Origin: Macrostomum lignano
Taxonomy: Eukaryota
Direction: 5' to 3'
Length of the DNA: 64,000 nt
NCBI GenBank assembly: GCA_002269645.1
Contig: NIVC01000059.1
Coordinates: 1-64,000, forward strand
Below are positions 42,533 to 64,000 of the stretch, one piece after another. Position 1 is the first letter of the stretch. The number at the start of each line of letters is the position of its first letter. Under the pieces are notes generated by a model that did not search any database, was not told the origin of the DNA, and saw only the letters and a list, made by a program, of their open reading frames with translations. The position numbers and the translations under genes were made by a program.

Positions 42533-45500
42533 CTTTTGAACGAATGGATTGCGACTCAGCGGGCTTTTCGCAACAAAAATGGCCTCAGCGAGATGTAGGA
42601 TGTTTTCAGTTTTGCGCCTGATCCAACGTTGGTTCACTGGCTTATAATAATAATAATTACGGGAGGGCTGTTGGGCACCCTGGCGCAACGCCTTCGGAAA
42701 CATTGTCCCACAAACCAGCACCAAACCAAACAAAACCAACCAGTTTCTAATGGTCAGGCATGTGCACTCTCTCTGCCTTGGGGGTGTTGGCCCTAATGGG
42801 TGCGAATTGTACGACAACCCCAGGCTATTTTTTCTGGACGCAAGCCCCAAATAACTGTGAGCCGCCAACAATCAAACCAGCTGGTCGTGGAACGGTGAGT
42901 CCAGACGCTTTGCACCTTCAGACGAAGCAATCAGTGCCAAGGAACTGAATAATTCCCATCTCGTCAGTCAATTTCGCATGGTTTTGCAAGTTGCGGTGTC
43001 TTTCGATTTATGCCCATCTTATGTTCAGCCATTAATTTAGCCATGTCATGTTGTAAATTTATACACAATTTAAAATGCAATTTCGAAAGCTGGTTGGTCA
43101 CTCACTCAGCAGTGGATGCATTAAAATGCGTATTGTCATTAAGTGACCAATTCATTTTTCTAAAAATGCTATCATACCTGACTGGTTTGCCTGCACCATC
43201 TTCCCTAACCGAATCCTTCACGTATCAGCCTGCAAGCCAGTAGTGTATGCCATATCATACATGCTAAATGTAAAATATTCTTTCTGTCATTACATAAGAA
43301 CCTTAATTTTTCAGTTGTCTGTTGTACTTTTTCATTTATACTTCGGAACGGAACAGTGTTGTAATTCTAATACAGCCACCTGTAATGTGAATCGTGTCTT
43401 GCATTATTGTTTACTTTACTAGAGCTGAGGCGAGTGCTTTTGTAACGTATCAGGACAAAATGCCAGAAATTTAGAATTGTCACTACATTCATTGACGATC
43501 CAAAGCCACAACACTTGTTGCCAGGAGCTGGGGCCCCAAGCAGTTCCCAGACACTGAACAAATATGCTACAGTCATTTTGTCCACCGCGATAGAGACAGA
43601 CTGCTTTTATTGATTCCTGGAGGCCAGTGACCGCTTTGACCTCGCCTAGATTGGTCCCCCATTTACAATTTGAGAGGACCCTCTGTCCGCCCCCACCCAG
43701 TTTTACGATTCAAGATCAAACCGAAGTAGCCGCCGGTGAAGCAACGTGGACAAATTGGAGAGATTGCTCTCTAACTGAACTCGTCTATGGCCAAACTCCA
43801 TTTAGCGGTATGCGTTCTCTGTAGCATGTACGCTCTGGTATTGCTTTTGTCAGCCAATTCGATACTTGAACCAACCAGGTCGAGAATTGCAGTATGATTT
43901 GGCTTGCCCATAGACATAGACATGGACGAAAAGGGCAACGAAGAAGTTGATAGTTTGGCCATAGACATCAGCAAGAAAAGTATATCAGCATGCAGCAACC
44001 TCTCTCAGACTCTCTCTCTCTGTCAATTTTCAAAACTTTTATTGAATTTTTGAGCTCATTGAAAGCATATATGTTTAATCATGAATCCATGCAGTAAAGA
44101 TCAGAATTTATCAACCAAAGAGGAGGCCTTCATCAGACTGGTGTATGAAATGAAAGGGATCTAACACAGTTCTCATGTCAGTCAGGTACCGAACACTCTC
44201 TGCGCCTTGGGGGTTGGCCTACATGGGCGAGAATTGCACGATAACCCCGAGGCCATAAGCACGGAATCAAACCTGCGGGGTCGTGTGGCCTGGAAAGTCA
44301 GACGCGTTTTTCGCAGAGCTCGAATAATATATATAGATAACTTGCAACTACAGTAAATAGGCAAAAACACTTCGCATCACGTTTCCACTCACCTATTCAT
44401 CCAGTAATTAGTGCTTGAAAATCGATATCATCCCGATTGAGGGCGGATACAGTAAATCAGCTATTAATTATAATGCGTCATGTGATTTACCAAATTAGTT
44501 ATTTTCTGTCACTGATGTCAGCAGATGTTTCTTCTATTTTTAAGTGAGAAAGAAGCAAGATTGTTAAAAAAATTGCTTGACAAGATTATCTGTGTTTCCT
44601 ACGCGACTAAGTATCTCTACAGTAGGTTTGGGCTGAAATCGCCCATAACGGAACCCATTTTCCATTTTCTCTTTTAGGATTATACCACTGGTATTACTGT
44701 TAGATCGAATCTTTAATTACAAATAGCAACTTCTCGAGTACCGCCGACATTAGTCTACATCGTTGTCATTAACTGATAGCTATTGCTCTCATTTTTTGCT
44801 TCTTCTTTTGTAGCTCTCCAACAAAGCTTGTGGCTTTTCGCTTTCGCGATTGTCTCAATGTTGAATCCAGCATCGTTTGGCTCCGTGACCACTGTTGCGG
44901 CCATTGTTAAAACTAGCAGACTAGTAATTCCGAGTTCAGACGTCTAAAACGGTCGGAATGAATCATATTCCCGGCTTAAATCAATCTCCAAACGAGTATG
45001 TGAGTAAATTCTTAAGTTGGTTTATCCAACGTATGCTATCTAACATAATGACAACATAATAACAATGATGTAACAGATTGGTAATTAGACAAACTAAAAT
45101 AGATAGACAAATTTCCACAAACAAAATCAATATGTATACTCGTACGAGCGTATGTAGGAGCGAGAGTACAATGCAGTTTCCCAACCAAAACTAAATGTAC
45201 CAACCATCAGAGTGCAACTGTGCCAACAGTGTCCCACATGGCCAAATTGGTGCAGACTTGTGAGCCCAACTATGCTTTGTGGCAGTTGGCGAGTTGTGTA
45301 CAAATGTGTGGTGCTCAAGCAAGCCCCAATATATACGTACATGTCCCTTGCGTACAGTACATTCAAGAGTCGCTGCGGCAGCAGGCCACGATTTGGTCTG
45401 ATTAGTGACTATTGCAGGTCTTCAAACTGGCCCACTTCTGATGCAGCTCCTCAGTCTGCTGTACCATGGTCCATGATTCCATCTGTTCGCCATCCTTAAG

Positions 45501-48098
45501 GAATTGCCGGAATTGAGTATCTGATGAATACGAACTACAACGTTGACGCGGCCTTTAAACTGTTTGCTGGAGGACTCGATAAGTTTTGCAATTTGTTTGC
45601 ACTTTGGCCTGGCTTCTGCGATCGTTTCGTTGTTTGCGATCTTTTTGTACAACGGGTCGGTGATTTCCTTTTCGGTCGTGTAGAGCAGAATTTCCCGCAA
45701 CTTTAGGTTGTTAGACCATTTTTGCCAGCTAGGGTTTGCAATTGCTGACTGTGTGGGTTTTCTATAAGATAACGCTGATGTTCCTGGGGGTTGCAGTTGC
45801 AAGGTTATGGCACACTCTTGCGACGCCAAATATAGGGAAAAAATGAAGGAAAAAAAACAAAATTTTAGCGCTGATTTTTCAAAGTTTGTAAAAACTCGTT
45901 AATGAAACTGGCAGGCCGACGGCCACTGTCTACGACTGTGCATAGGAATAATATAATGATAGAAATCAAATTTAATATATATATGTATGTTATACAGTAT
46001 ATATTAATATATCTATTTATAATCATATTGGAAATTAAAAGCCAACCTCGTTACACAACAGCAAGAGCGTCTTCAAAGGTAAACTTAATTACAGGAATTA
46101 AGGTGTGTGCATGGGATGAAGAAGCTATTAAAAACAGGTGAAAAACAGCATTGCACAAGTGCTGCGCTGCTGAGTTTTAATAGTACATAAATTTATTCCA
46201 TAGAGCAAGCCAGCAGACCTCAAACTAGAAAGAAACATGTAGATACGTTTCAAACACCGCAACTGAGGCGAATGAACAGAATGCGCAGAAGCATGCAGTA
46301 AGAAATCAGCATAAATACACACATTTACGCGTGTAATTAATACAATTGATTAATTGAATCATTTTGGCGGAAAAGAAACTATTGTTTTCTTCTGTGAAAA
46401 GGAACACTATACTTGTAAATCACAATTCTAGGTTAGCAAAGTTCAGCAACATTGCAGCATAACGCTTGGGTGCAGCTTTTTAACCCAATAATAACAGTAC
46501 GAATGACCCTTACTAGAATCAGCTTAAGAGGACACTTCGTTTCTTGCAAACTGTTTTCAAGGCTTGCTTTTTAGAAGAAGACGTTACTAAATTAAAGAAC
46601 ATTAGTAGAAGGACTTGGTCTCATGAGTCATTATACTCTTATATAGAATGGAAAACAGAAAAATAGAAATAGAGCAGACAAGGCATACAAGTTTTCGTAA
46701 ACGAATATCACGCACAATTAAACATTTCAAACAGTTTACGTCAAAATCATTTTGAAGCCTAAAAATCTTTTATATTTCCAAGAACCGATTTGTACATCTA
46801 GCGGTCCTTCCTGCCCTCTTTTCTATCCCCCCCCCGAGTGACTAACTATGTTTGGCTGGTGGTGGTGTGGGGTGAGTGGTTTATCGATTTTCTGGTCCGC
46901 CCCACTTTTCTACCCCACTGACTGGCTTTATGTCTTGGCTGGTGTGTGGTGGGTTGAGTTTAATAAAGATTTATCGATTTTATGGCCGGCCCCTCAGCCT
47001 CCAGCCTCTTTCCTACCCCCACACACTGAATGTATCGCTTAACTTTTGGTAAAGTTAAAGATTTTTCGCCTTTTTTCCACCCCTCAACCAACAAGCGTAT
47101 CAAATTGACTGTCTTTGTCGCTGGTGTGTGGGGCCAGTTTAAGATTTATCGATTTTATGATTGACCCAATCTAACATGCCCTCTTTTCTACCCCATTGAC
47201 TGGCTGGTGTGTGGGGCGGGGTGAGTTAAAGCCTAGAAGTAAAGGTTTATCGATTTTCTAGCTGGTCAGCCCCTCAGCCCTTCAGGCCAATGAATAGATA
47301 AACGCTTTCTCTAGACTAATTTGAAACAACTATTACGGAGAGGATGATTTTAAATCTGCCTTCCAGTGGCAGACTGGCAGTTGCCAAAATGACTACTCCA
47401 AGCACTCAATTTACTAGCTAGCATCCGCAATAGTTTTATTTTGGATAAACAATAATATCAATAATAGTTAGCAAAACTGTAGATAAAATATTCTCGTAGT
47501 TTCATCGCATGTGCACGAAATGTAATTAACAAACAAAATGTTAACGATCAATACAAACTATAACTAGCCCGAGTGTGCTTTTGTATCGACATTCAGCGAA
47601 TTCATATTGGAATTTCTGCTAGCAAACGCAGATTTTTCTGCAGACAAAACCAATGTTAAAGTGGCGCTGTTAACTTCCGAAACGGAAATAGAGATGCAAA
47701 TATGCGGTTAATAGAAAGGAAAACAAGCAAAATAACACTGAATAGAGATTTAGAGCATGCGCATTTCAAAACGGCCAAATTATTGAAGCGAGTTTCGTTA
47801 AAGAAAACATTTTGTATATAGAATGAAGCATGAAGGTTTTAAGGAAAAAATAATAACTGCATTACTGTGAATGCAATGCGGATTAACTCTTGAAATGATT
47901 ACAATTTCAATTACTCATAACAGTTAGCAAATAAATTTAATATTATGACTCCTTTGTCCGGGTGCAGAGAAAAATACCAGCGGCAGTTATACGGTACCTC
48001 TCAGTAGGTGATCAGTGAGCGCAGAGACTTATCGGATACAAACGGTAATCTAATAGGTTTAGGGTCAATAAAATCAGCACTGTAAGCCTGTCTCCAGC

Positions 48099-58304
<10,206 letters not shown>

Positions 58305-58544
58305 CTAAACCAAAGCTGGCAAAAGTATACAAGGTAAGCACAAGTACAAAAGAATAGCACTGACGATTTTTTAAATTTTATTGGCAGTCTAAGCAGCCAA
58401 CGTCTGCTGCTTCTGCTGCCGCTGCCGCCACTGTTGCTGCTGCGGCCGCTGACGTAGCTGGAAAGAATATAATTGTCTTTTTCTTATCAAGTGTGCAGAG
58501 TTAGGCTTTGTGAATTTTTCGAAATGTTACTATATCTAGCATCA

Positions 58545-59055
58545 TCAATATCTATCTAACAGTTATCAACATCATATCTAACAGTTATCAGCATCATATC
58601 TAACAGTTATCAATATCCTATCTAACAGTTATCAAAACCCTATCTAACAGTTAGCAACATCCTATCTAACAGTTATCAACACCCTATCTAACAGCTATCA
58701 ACACCCTATCTGACAGTTATCAACACCCTATCTAACAGTTAGGAACGACCTATCTAACAGCTATCAAGACCCTATCTAACAGTTATCAACACCCTATCTA
58801 ACAGTTATCAACACCCTATCTAACATGTATCATACCCTATCTAACAGTTATCAACATTCTATCTAACAGTTAGGAACATTCTATCTGATTCTAACAGTTA
58901 TCAACATCCTATCTAACAGCTATCAAGACCCTATCTAACAGTTATCAACATCCTATCTAACAGTTTTCAACACCCTATCTAACAGTTATCAACACCCTAT
59001 CTAACAGTTTTCAACATCCTATATAACAGTTATTCATAACCTATCTAACAGTTAG
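58545..59055. repeat. 22-bp minisatellite (CTATCTAACAGTTATCAACACC)n
   Basis: Direct reading. Confidence 0.93.
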
Positions 59056-59689
59056 GCCCAAATTCAAACGGCCTCAACTGTACAGCTGTACAAAAAGTCA
59101 CTCCCAACTTACAAACAGGAAAAGTACTTTTAAATTCAATTATAAGGCAGGGGATCCATAGCCTGATAAACAAGTGAGACTCTAGCTAGAAGTGCACACC
59201 CAGCAGCTGAGAGGAAGAGGAATGGAGAGAGCGCATGGAGCAGCAGTCGAATAAAACACACAGTGCCGCTCTGAGAGCTGCGATCTGAGCATACAGAAAC
59301 GATAGTTAATACTCATAAAGAATCTGCTCGATATAATATAGTGCTCGGATTATAAAGCTAAGTAGTTGACGCCCCAAGGTCATCGAGACTAGACTCTGTA
59401 CACAATCTTCATACTATTCAATATTATATAGTGCCAGACTCATGCAGGTTCCCGATGTGGCGCAAATTGAATAATTTAGCAATCCATTTGCTGTATTCGA
59501 CTTGTTTATTGCAAAAGATATCCAAGTGGAATGCATATAGAGTATTGGATAAAGATAGATGTGATACCAGCCAAATCCTAAAAGCTTTCAGCCCTTCTGC
59601 TAAACCCCGCTTTATTACAGTCTGTTTAAAAGAAGGATCTTCTAAAAAGGTCTAACAACGTTTCTTGCATTCTTTATAACAGGATGACC

Positions 59690-60750
59690 TGTCTAACAGG
59701 GTTCCTATTGTCTAACAGGGTTCCTACTGTCTAACAGGGTTCCTACTGTCTAACAGGGTTCCTACTGTCTAACAGGGTTCCTATTGTCTAACAGGGTTCC
59801 TACTGTCTAACAGGGTTCCTACTGTCTAACAGGGTTCCTACTGTCTAACAGGGTTCCTACTGTCTAACAGGGTTCCTATTGTCTAACAGGGTTCCTACTG
59901 TCTAACAGGGTTCCTACTGTCTAACAGGGTTCCTACTGTCTAACAGGGTTCCTACTGTCTAACAGGGTTCCTACTGTCTAACAGGGTTCCTACTGTCTAA
60001 CAGGGTTCCTATTGTCTAACAGGGTTCCTACTGTCTAACAGGGTTCCTACTGTCTAACAGTATTTCTACTGTCTAACAGTATTTCTACTGTCTAACAGGA
60101 TTTCTACTGTCTAACAGGATTTCTACTGTCTAACAGGGTTCCTACTGTCTAACAGGGTTCCTACTGTCTAACAGGGTTCCTACTGTCTAACAGGGTTCCT
60201 ACTGCATATCTAACAGGATTCCTACTATCTAACAGGGTTCCTATTGTCTAACAGGATTCCTACTATCTAACAGGGTTCCTACTGTTTAACAGGATTCCTA
60301 CTGTCTAACAGGGTTCCTACTGTCTAACAGGATCTCGACTGTCTAAAAAGATTTCTACTGTCTAACAGTATTTATATCTAAAAGGATGTATAATATCGAA
60401 CAGGATTTCTATTGTCTAACAGTATTTATATCTAAAAGGATGTATAATATCGAACAGGATTTCTACTGTCTAACAGTATTTATATCTAAAAGGATGTATA
60501 ATATCAGACAGGATTTCTACTGTCTAACAGTATTTATATCTAAAAGGATGTATAATATCGAACAGGATTTCTACTGTCTAACAGGATTTATATCTAAAAG
60601 GATGTATAATATCGAACAGGATTTCTACTGTCTAACAGGATTTATATCTAAAAGGATGTATAATATCGAACAGGATTTCTACTGTCTAACAGGATTTATA
60701 TCTAAAAGGATGTATAATATCGAACAGGATTTCTATTGTCTAACAGGACT
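59690..60750. repeat. 19-bp satellite (TCTAACAGGGTTCCTACTG)n grading into a 54-bp trimeric higher-order repeat
   Basis: Period 19 to ~60360, then ~7 copies of 54 bp (16+19+19). Confidence 0.95.
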
Positions 60751-61215
60751 GTAATAAAAATAAACAATTCACCTACAAAAGTTTCAAAGGATAAAAACTA
60801 ACAGTCGCTGATGGACTGTTTGCATTGCCAAAGTATAGTTAAGCAAGGCAATTACTCTTACAGAAAAGCACCGTTCGATAAGACGTAATTTTGCAAATTA
60901 CATAAAAAGGCTAATATTATGCAAATCAAAAAAGCGAAAAATCACCTGTCATAGAAGAATACCAATGAAAATAGCACAAAAAATTAAAAGGCACGGAATG
61001 TTGTTCAAGAAAGACGGGAATTGAATCAATCAACAACTAAGCCAACGCCTGGTTCAGGTCAGTAACTCAGTTTCTCAGAAATTTCTCAGAAAATCAGGTC
61101 AGGTCATTCTATATTCTTATTTCTGCATTTTCCTAATTGGGTAAACAGTAAGAGTAACTATGACTGTAATTAAATAGTCAATTGCTTCGGCACCTCATTA
61201 GTTTTTAAACTTAGT

Positions 61216-62380
61216 CTACCACAGGAATTTGAAGTAGATGTAGCAGAACAGCATCAAAATGACAACGCAGGCGATGCCGTATCTGGCGTAAACCGAGCGC
61301 AAATTCAAATACGCTGCATCGTCGCGATACCTGCGCGACAGCAACGACAGGTGGCTAGCCTTGTCGTCCAGCGTTGCTAAGGACTCGCCCCTGGCCAGCA
61401 CTTCGTCCATATTTTCTACCATAATCCGTTGGACATCCTGCAGCTCGGCGCCCAGCATGGCCAGACTGTGGTTGGCCCGGCTGTCAACAAATGAGCGGCG
61501 AGCCTTCTTGATGTACTGCTCGAATTCTATGAAATGGTAGGGCCGGGCCACCGAGTCCACCCGGACGGTGTCGAATTGGTTGGCGAATTCGCGACGGAGA
61601 TCGTCCAGGTAGGAGAAGGCCAGGCGTTTGGAGAAATTGCAACCGGCAAGGGCCAGGTAGCAGACTCCCGAGTCGATCTGGTAGCTGTTCAAATGGGCCA
61701 GAGGTCATATGGGGTCACGGAGGTCAGTAGTGATCGAAGTCAGGGGTCATATGGTGTCGCGACTTTCCTATTCATTTCTTAGTTCACCTTCACTTGTCTC
61801 TGTTTACTCTGTTTTCTCTCTCTCTGTCTAGCTCAATCTTGTTATTCTTATCTCTCTCTCCCCTGCTGCCTTCTGATTGGCTCTCCATTCTCACCTCTCT
61901 CTTTAGTCGCGCACTCCACCCCTCTCTTTATTATCTTCAATTCAAACCCCCTGCAATTTAATGTCATATAAATATACTGGTTTGGGCCCTGCGCCCACTT
62001 ACTGGCTCCTTATCTTACTTATTCAATTTAACATCTAATTTAGTTCTAGTGTTTTCAGTCTTATTTTTCTCGACATATGGGGTCACGGAGCTCAGTAGTG
62101 ATCAAAGTTCTGGGGTCATATGGGGTCAAGGAGCTCAATGGTGACCAAGGCTAATGACACGAATATTAAATGGGGTCATTGAAGCCTCTGAAGGTCAAGT
62201 TAGAGACAGAATTTGTAAAAATAAGACAAAACGAGCTAACTAGATCAGTGTGAGGGGTACAAGAACTTACTGGAATGTGTAGGCACCAGATTCCAGACTG
62301 CACCTTGATGGTGAAGTAGAATTCAATCGGCGAAACAATTTTTTGGCTTTGCTCTGGTACTCTGGCATGTTGGGAGCAGT
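61216..62380 (-). CDS. SEC22B: Vesicle-trafficking R-SNARE SEC22B, 3' exons 62380-62271 and 61684-61216; first exon not found
   Basis: YQSKAKKLFRRLN..SPSRCSLESG..TFH|YQI, LAFSYLDDL, RPYHFIEF, ELQDVQRIMVENMDEVL.RGE.L, C-terminal TM; phase-compatible splice sites. Confidence 0.95.
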
Positions 62381-63229
62381 CTGTTAGAGATGAGATTAAG
62401 AAGTTTAAATATGATTAAAAAGTTTCTTGAAAATTGAGTAGTAAATTATCAAAAACACACCAATAATGTGTACATAAATAAATATATGGTTCTAGTAGAA
62501 AAATTAACAAAACAATGCTACTTTTAGACTTAACCTACTGTCCTTGCATAACTATTGACTCTAATGAACATAAACTAATGATACCGTTATATTACCTTAA
62601 ATAGCTTGTTGGTATTGATTTTTTAAATGTTATATTATAAAGTAATTAAGGTATTATTAAGCAAATAAAAATCGGGCCCGGATCACTAAATTCCGGAAAA
62701 AATTCTGGGTGAAAAGTTCGACGGGATTATAAAGTAATTAAGGTATAAAGTAAAACCATACAAGATAAAAATATTATTTTTCATTTTACTCAATGGTTCA
62801 ATAAAGTTATAAGTCAGTGAACATAGTACTTTATAGTCTAGTAGGCCCCAGTGTATTGTTTAGTTTCATTTTACAAAGAGCTTACAATTAAAAAACAAAA
62901 AAGTATACTTGTATTTAGGCTGGTTCTAGGAAATTTCATCCACTGGCATTTTGTCAACCAGACATTATGGCAACTTGGCAAATTCATTATAGCTGCACCA
63001 GTAAAAGAAGTAATGATGTGATGTAAAATTTTTTAAAATGTGTACTGTAGTAGACACATGTACTTTTGACAGAGCCAGCCACTGCTGCTCAGACTATCTA
63101 TGGCTCAAATAAACTAGAGCCATAAAAAGCCCAGCTGCAGCACTTTATTAAAGGACAAGCAGTCTTCATCTTGCCGCATGCGAGGTGCTTCAGTGGTGAG
63201 TCTGACTATACTTAGCCATAGCTGAGTAT

Positions 63230-63430
63230 TTCAAGCTTTTCACCTGCTGCCTTGTCACAGTTTTGGCCACCAGGTCTTCTGAGTCCAGCCAAAGCCATCA
63301 GCCACCTTGATCCCTGCATCTGGCTCAGCACTTCTGACTAGAGCTGCATCAAAATGACCATCACTGATTCCTGGTCACTGTGGTTATGCAATATGTGAGC
63401 AGTGCACTCTGGGTAAGGGGCTCTCGCCTG
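63230..63430 (+). pseudogene. Possible decayed non-LTR retrotransposon RNase H remnant
   Basis: An IPGHCG motif at ~63367-63385 within interrupted frames. Confidence 0.3.
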
Positions 63431-64000
63431 CCAGAGTTTGCTTGCAATGCCCTACCTGATGCTGTGACATCAATGCGGCTCACCTTGGCAATACCTTGTC
63501 CCAGCAGCACAGGCGGACATGTCAGACAAAGCATCAGTGCACTTTTCTGTGCTGCAGACCCCACCACGCTACCGATGGATCACCACAATAGCATATGTAC
63601 CAGCAGCATCATCATTAGCACAACCATCCACTGCTGCCGCTGCCCTTAGCCTCAAGGATGCTGGTGCCTACAACCTCAACTCGCCCACAATGTCACTGGC
63701 CTGCAGCTGGATCTATCAGCAGCAAAGTGCTCACACTTTTGAATAGTCCCTGAACATCCACCGTCAAGCCAGCCAAATACTCTGTATGCGCTTTCAATTT
63801 CTGTGCTACTAACAGTTTCACACTACCAATTTAGGCGCCCCAACACAGTCATCTACTGCCAGTGACCCTTTTCTAACCCAGTCGCTTCCATTGCGTTAGT
63901 GGCAAAGTAATTGCAGCTGACCCAGCCATTTGCCATAGCAGCTGAGCTCCTAAAGAACACAATGCAAGAGCAACATTATCTGGCTCTGGGGGAGAGGAGT

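Noticed and set aside
43620-44000. Retroelement-like peptide fragments (ELVYG; KGNEEVDSLA)
   Set aside because: Too short and frame-broken to assign.
45422-45829. 135-aa minus-strand ORF
   Set aside because: No recognisable motif, start context or supporting exons.
63290-63312. VADG-coding match as SEC22B exon 1
   Set aside because: The flanking residues do not fit LLTMIAR or LPLAAS, and there is no suitable start or donor.

Overview
Eukaryotic, intron-containing, satellite-rich animal DNA. The style of the sequence suggests a Macrostomum-like flatworm, but that is inference only. (1) Positions 1-~9.5 kb are the right-hand part of a Polinton/Maverick (adintovirus-like) endogenous virus, with all genes on the + strand: Fic AMPylase, PC4-like, orphan ORF, SSB-like, TBP-like, two core proteins, DDE integrase with chromodomain, minor capsid, small QxGxG protein, major capsid, adenain protease and packaging ATPase, then a GC-rich terminal region. 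No pPolB is present in the window. Most genes are preceded by a TATAAATA(AA) motif. Several genes carry single-base frameshifts. (2) Positions 10.5-24.9 kb are a tandem concatemer of Helitron-like non-autonomous units with a ~5.8-kb higher-order duplication, internal 23-bp satellites and short telomere-type tracts. (3) Positions 25-64 kb are host genes among MITEs, a CORE-type SINE and many minisatellites. The ORF track shows three ankyrin ORFs and a caspase ORF separately, but they splice in frame through three phase-2 GT-AG introns into one ~1067-aa ankyrin-repeat caspase. Also present are a secreted (D/G)YSGGRS-repeat protein, a frameshifted rhodopsin-type GPCR, a divergent Cys-loop channel, an 8-exon AAK1/BMP2K kinase and the 3' exons of SEC22B. 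All family calls come from motifs read by eye; no database search was run.
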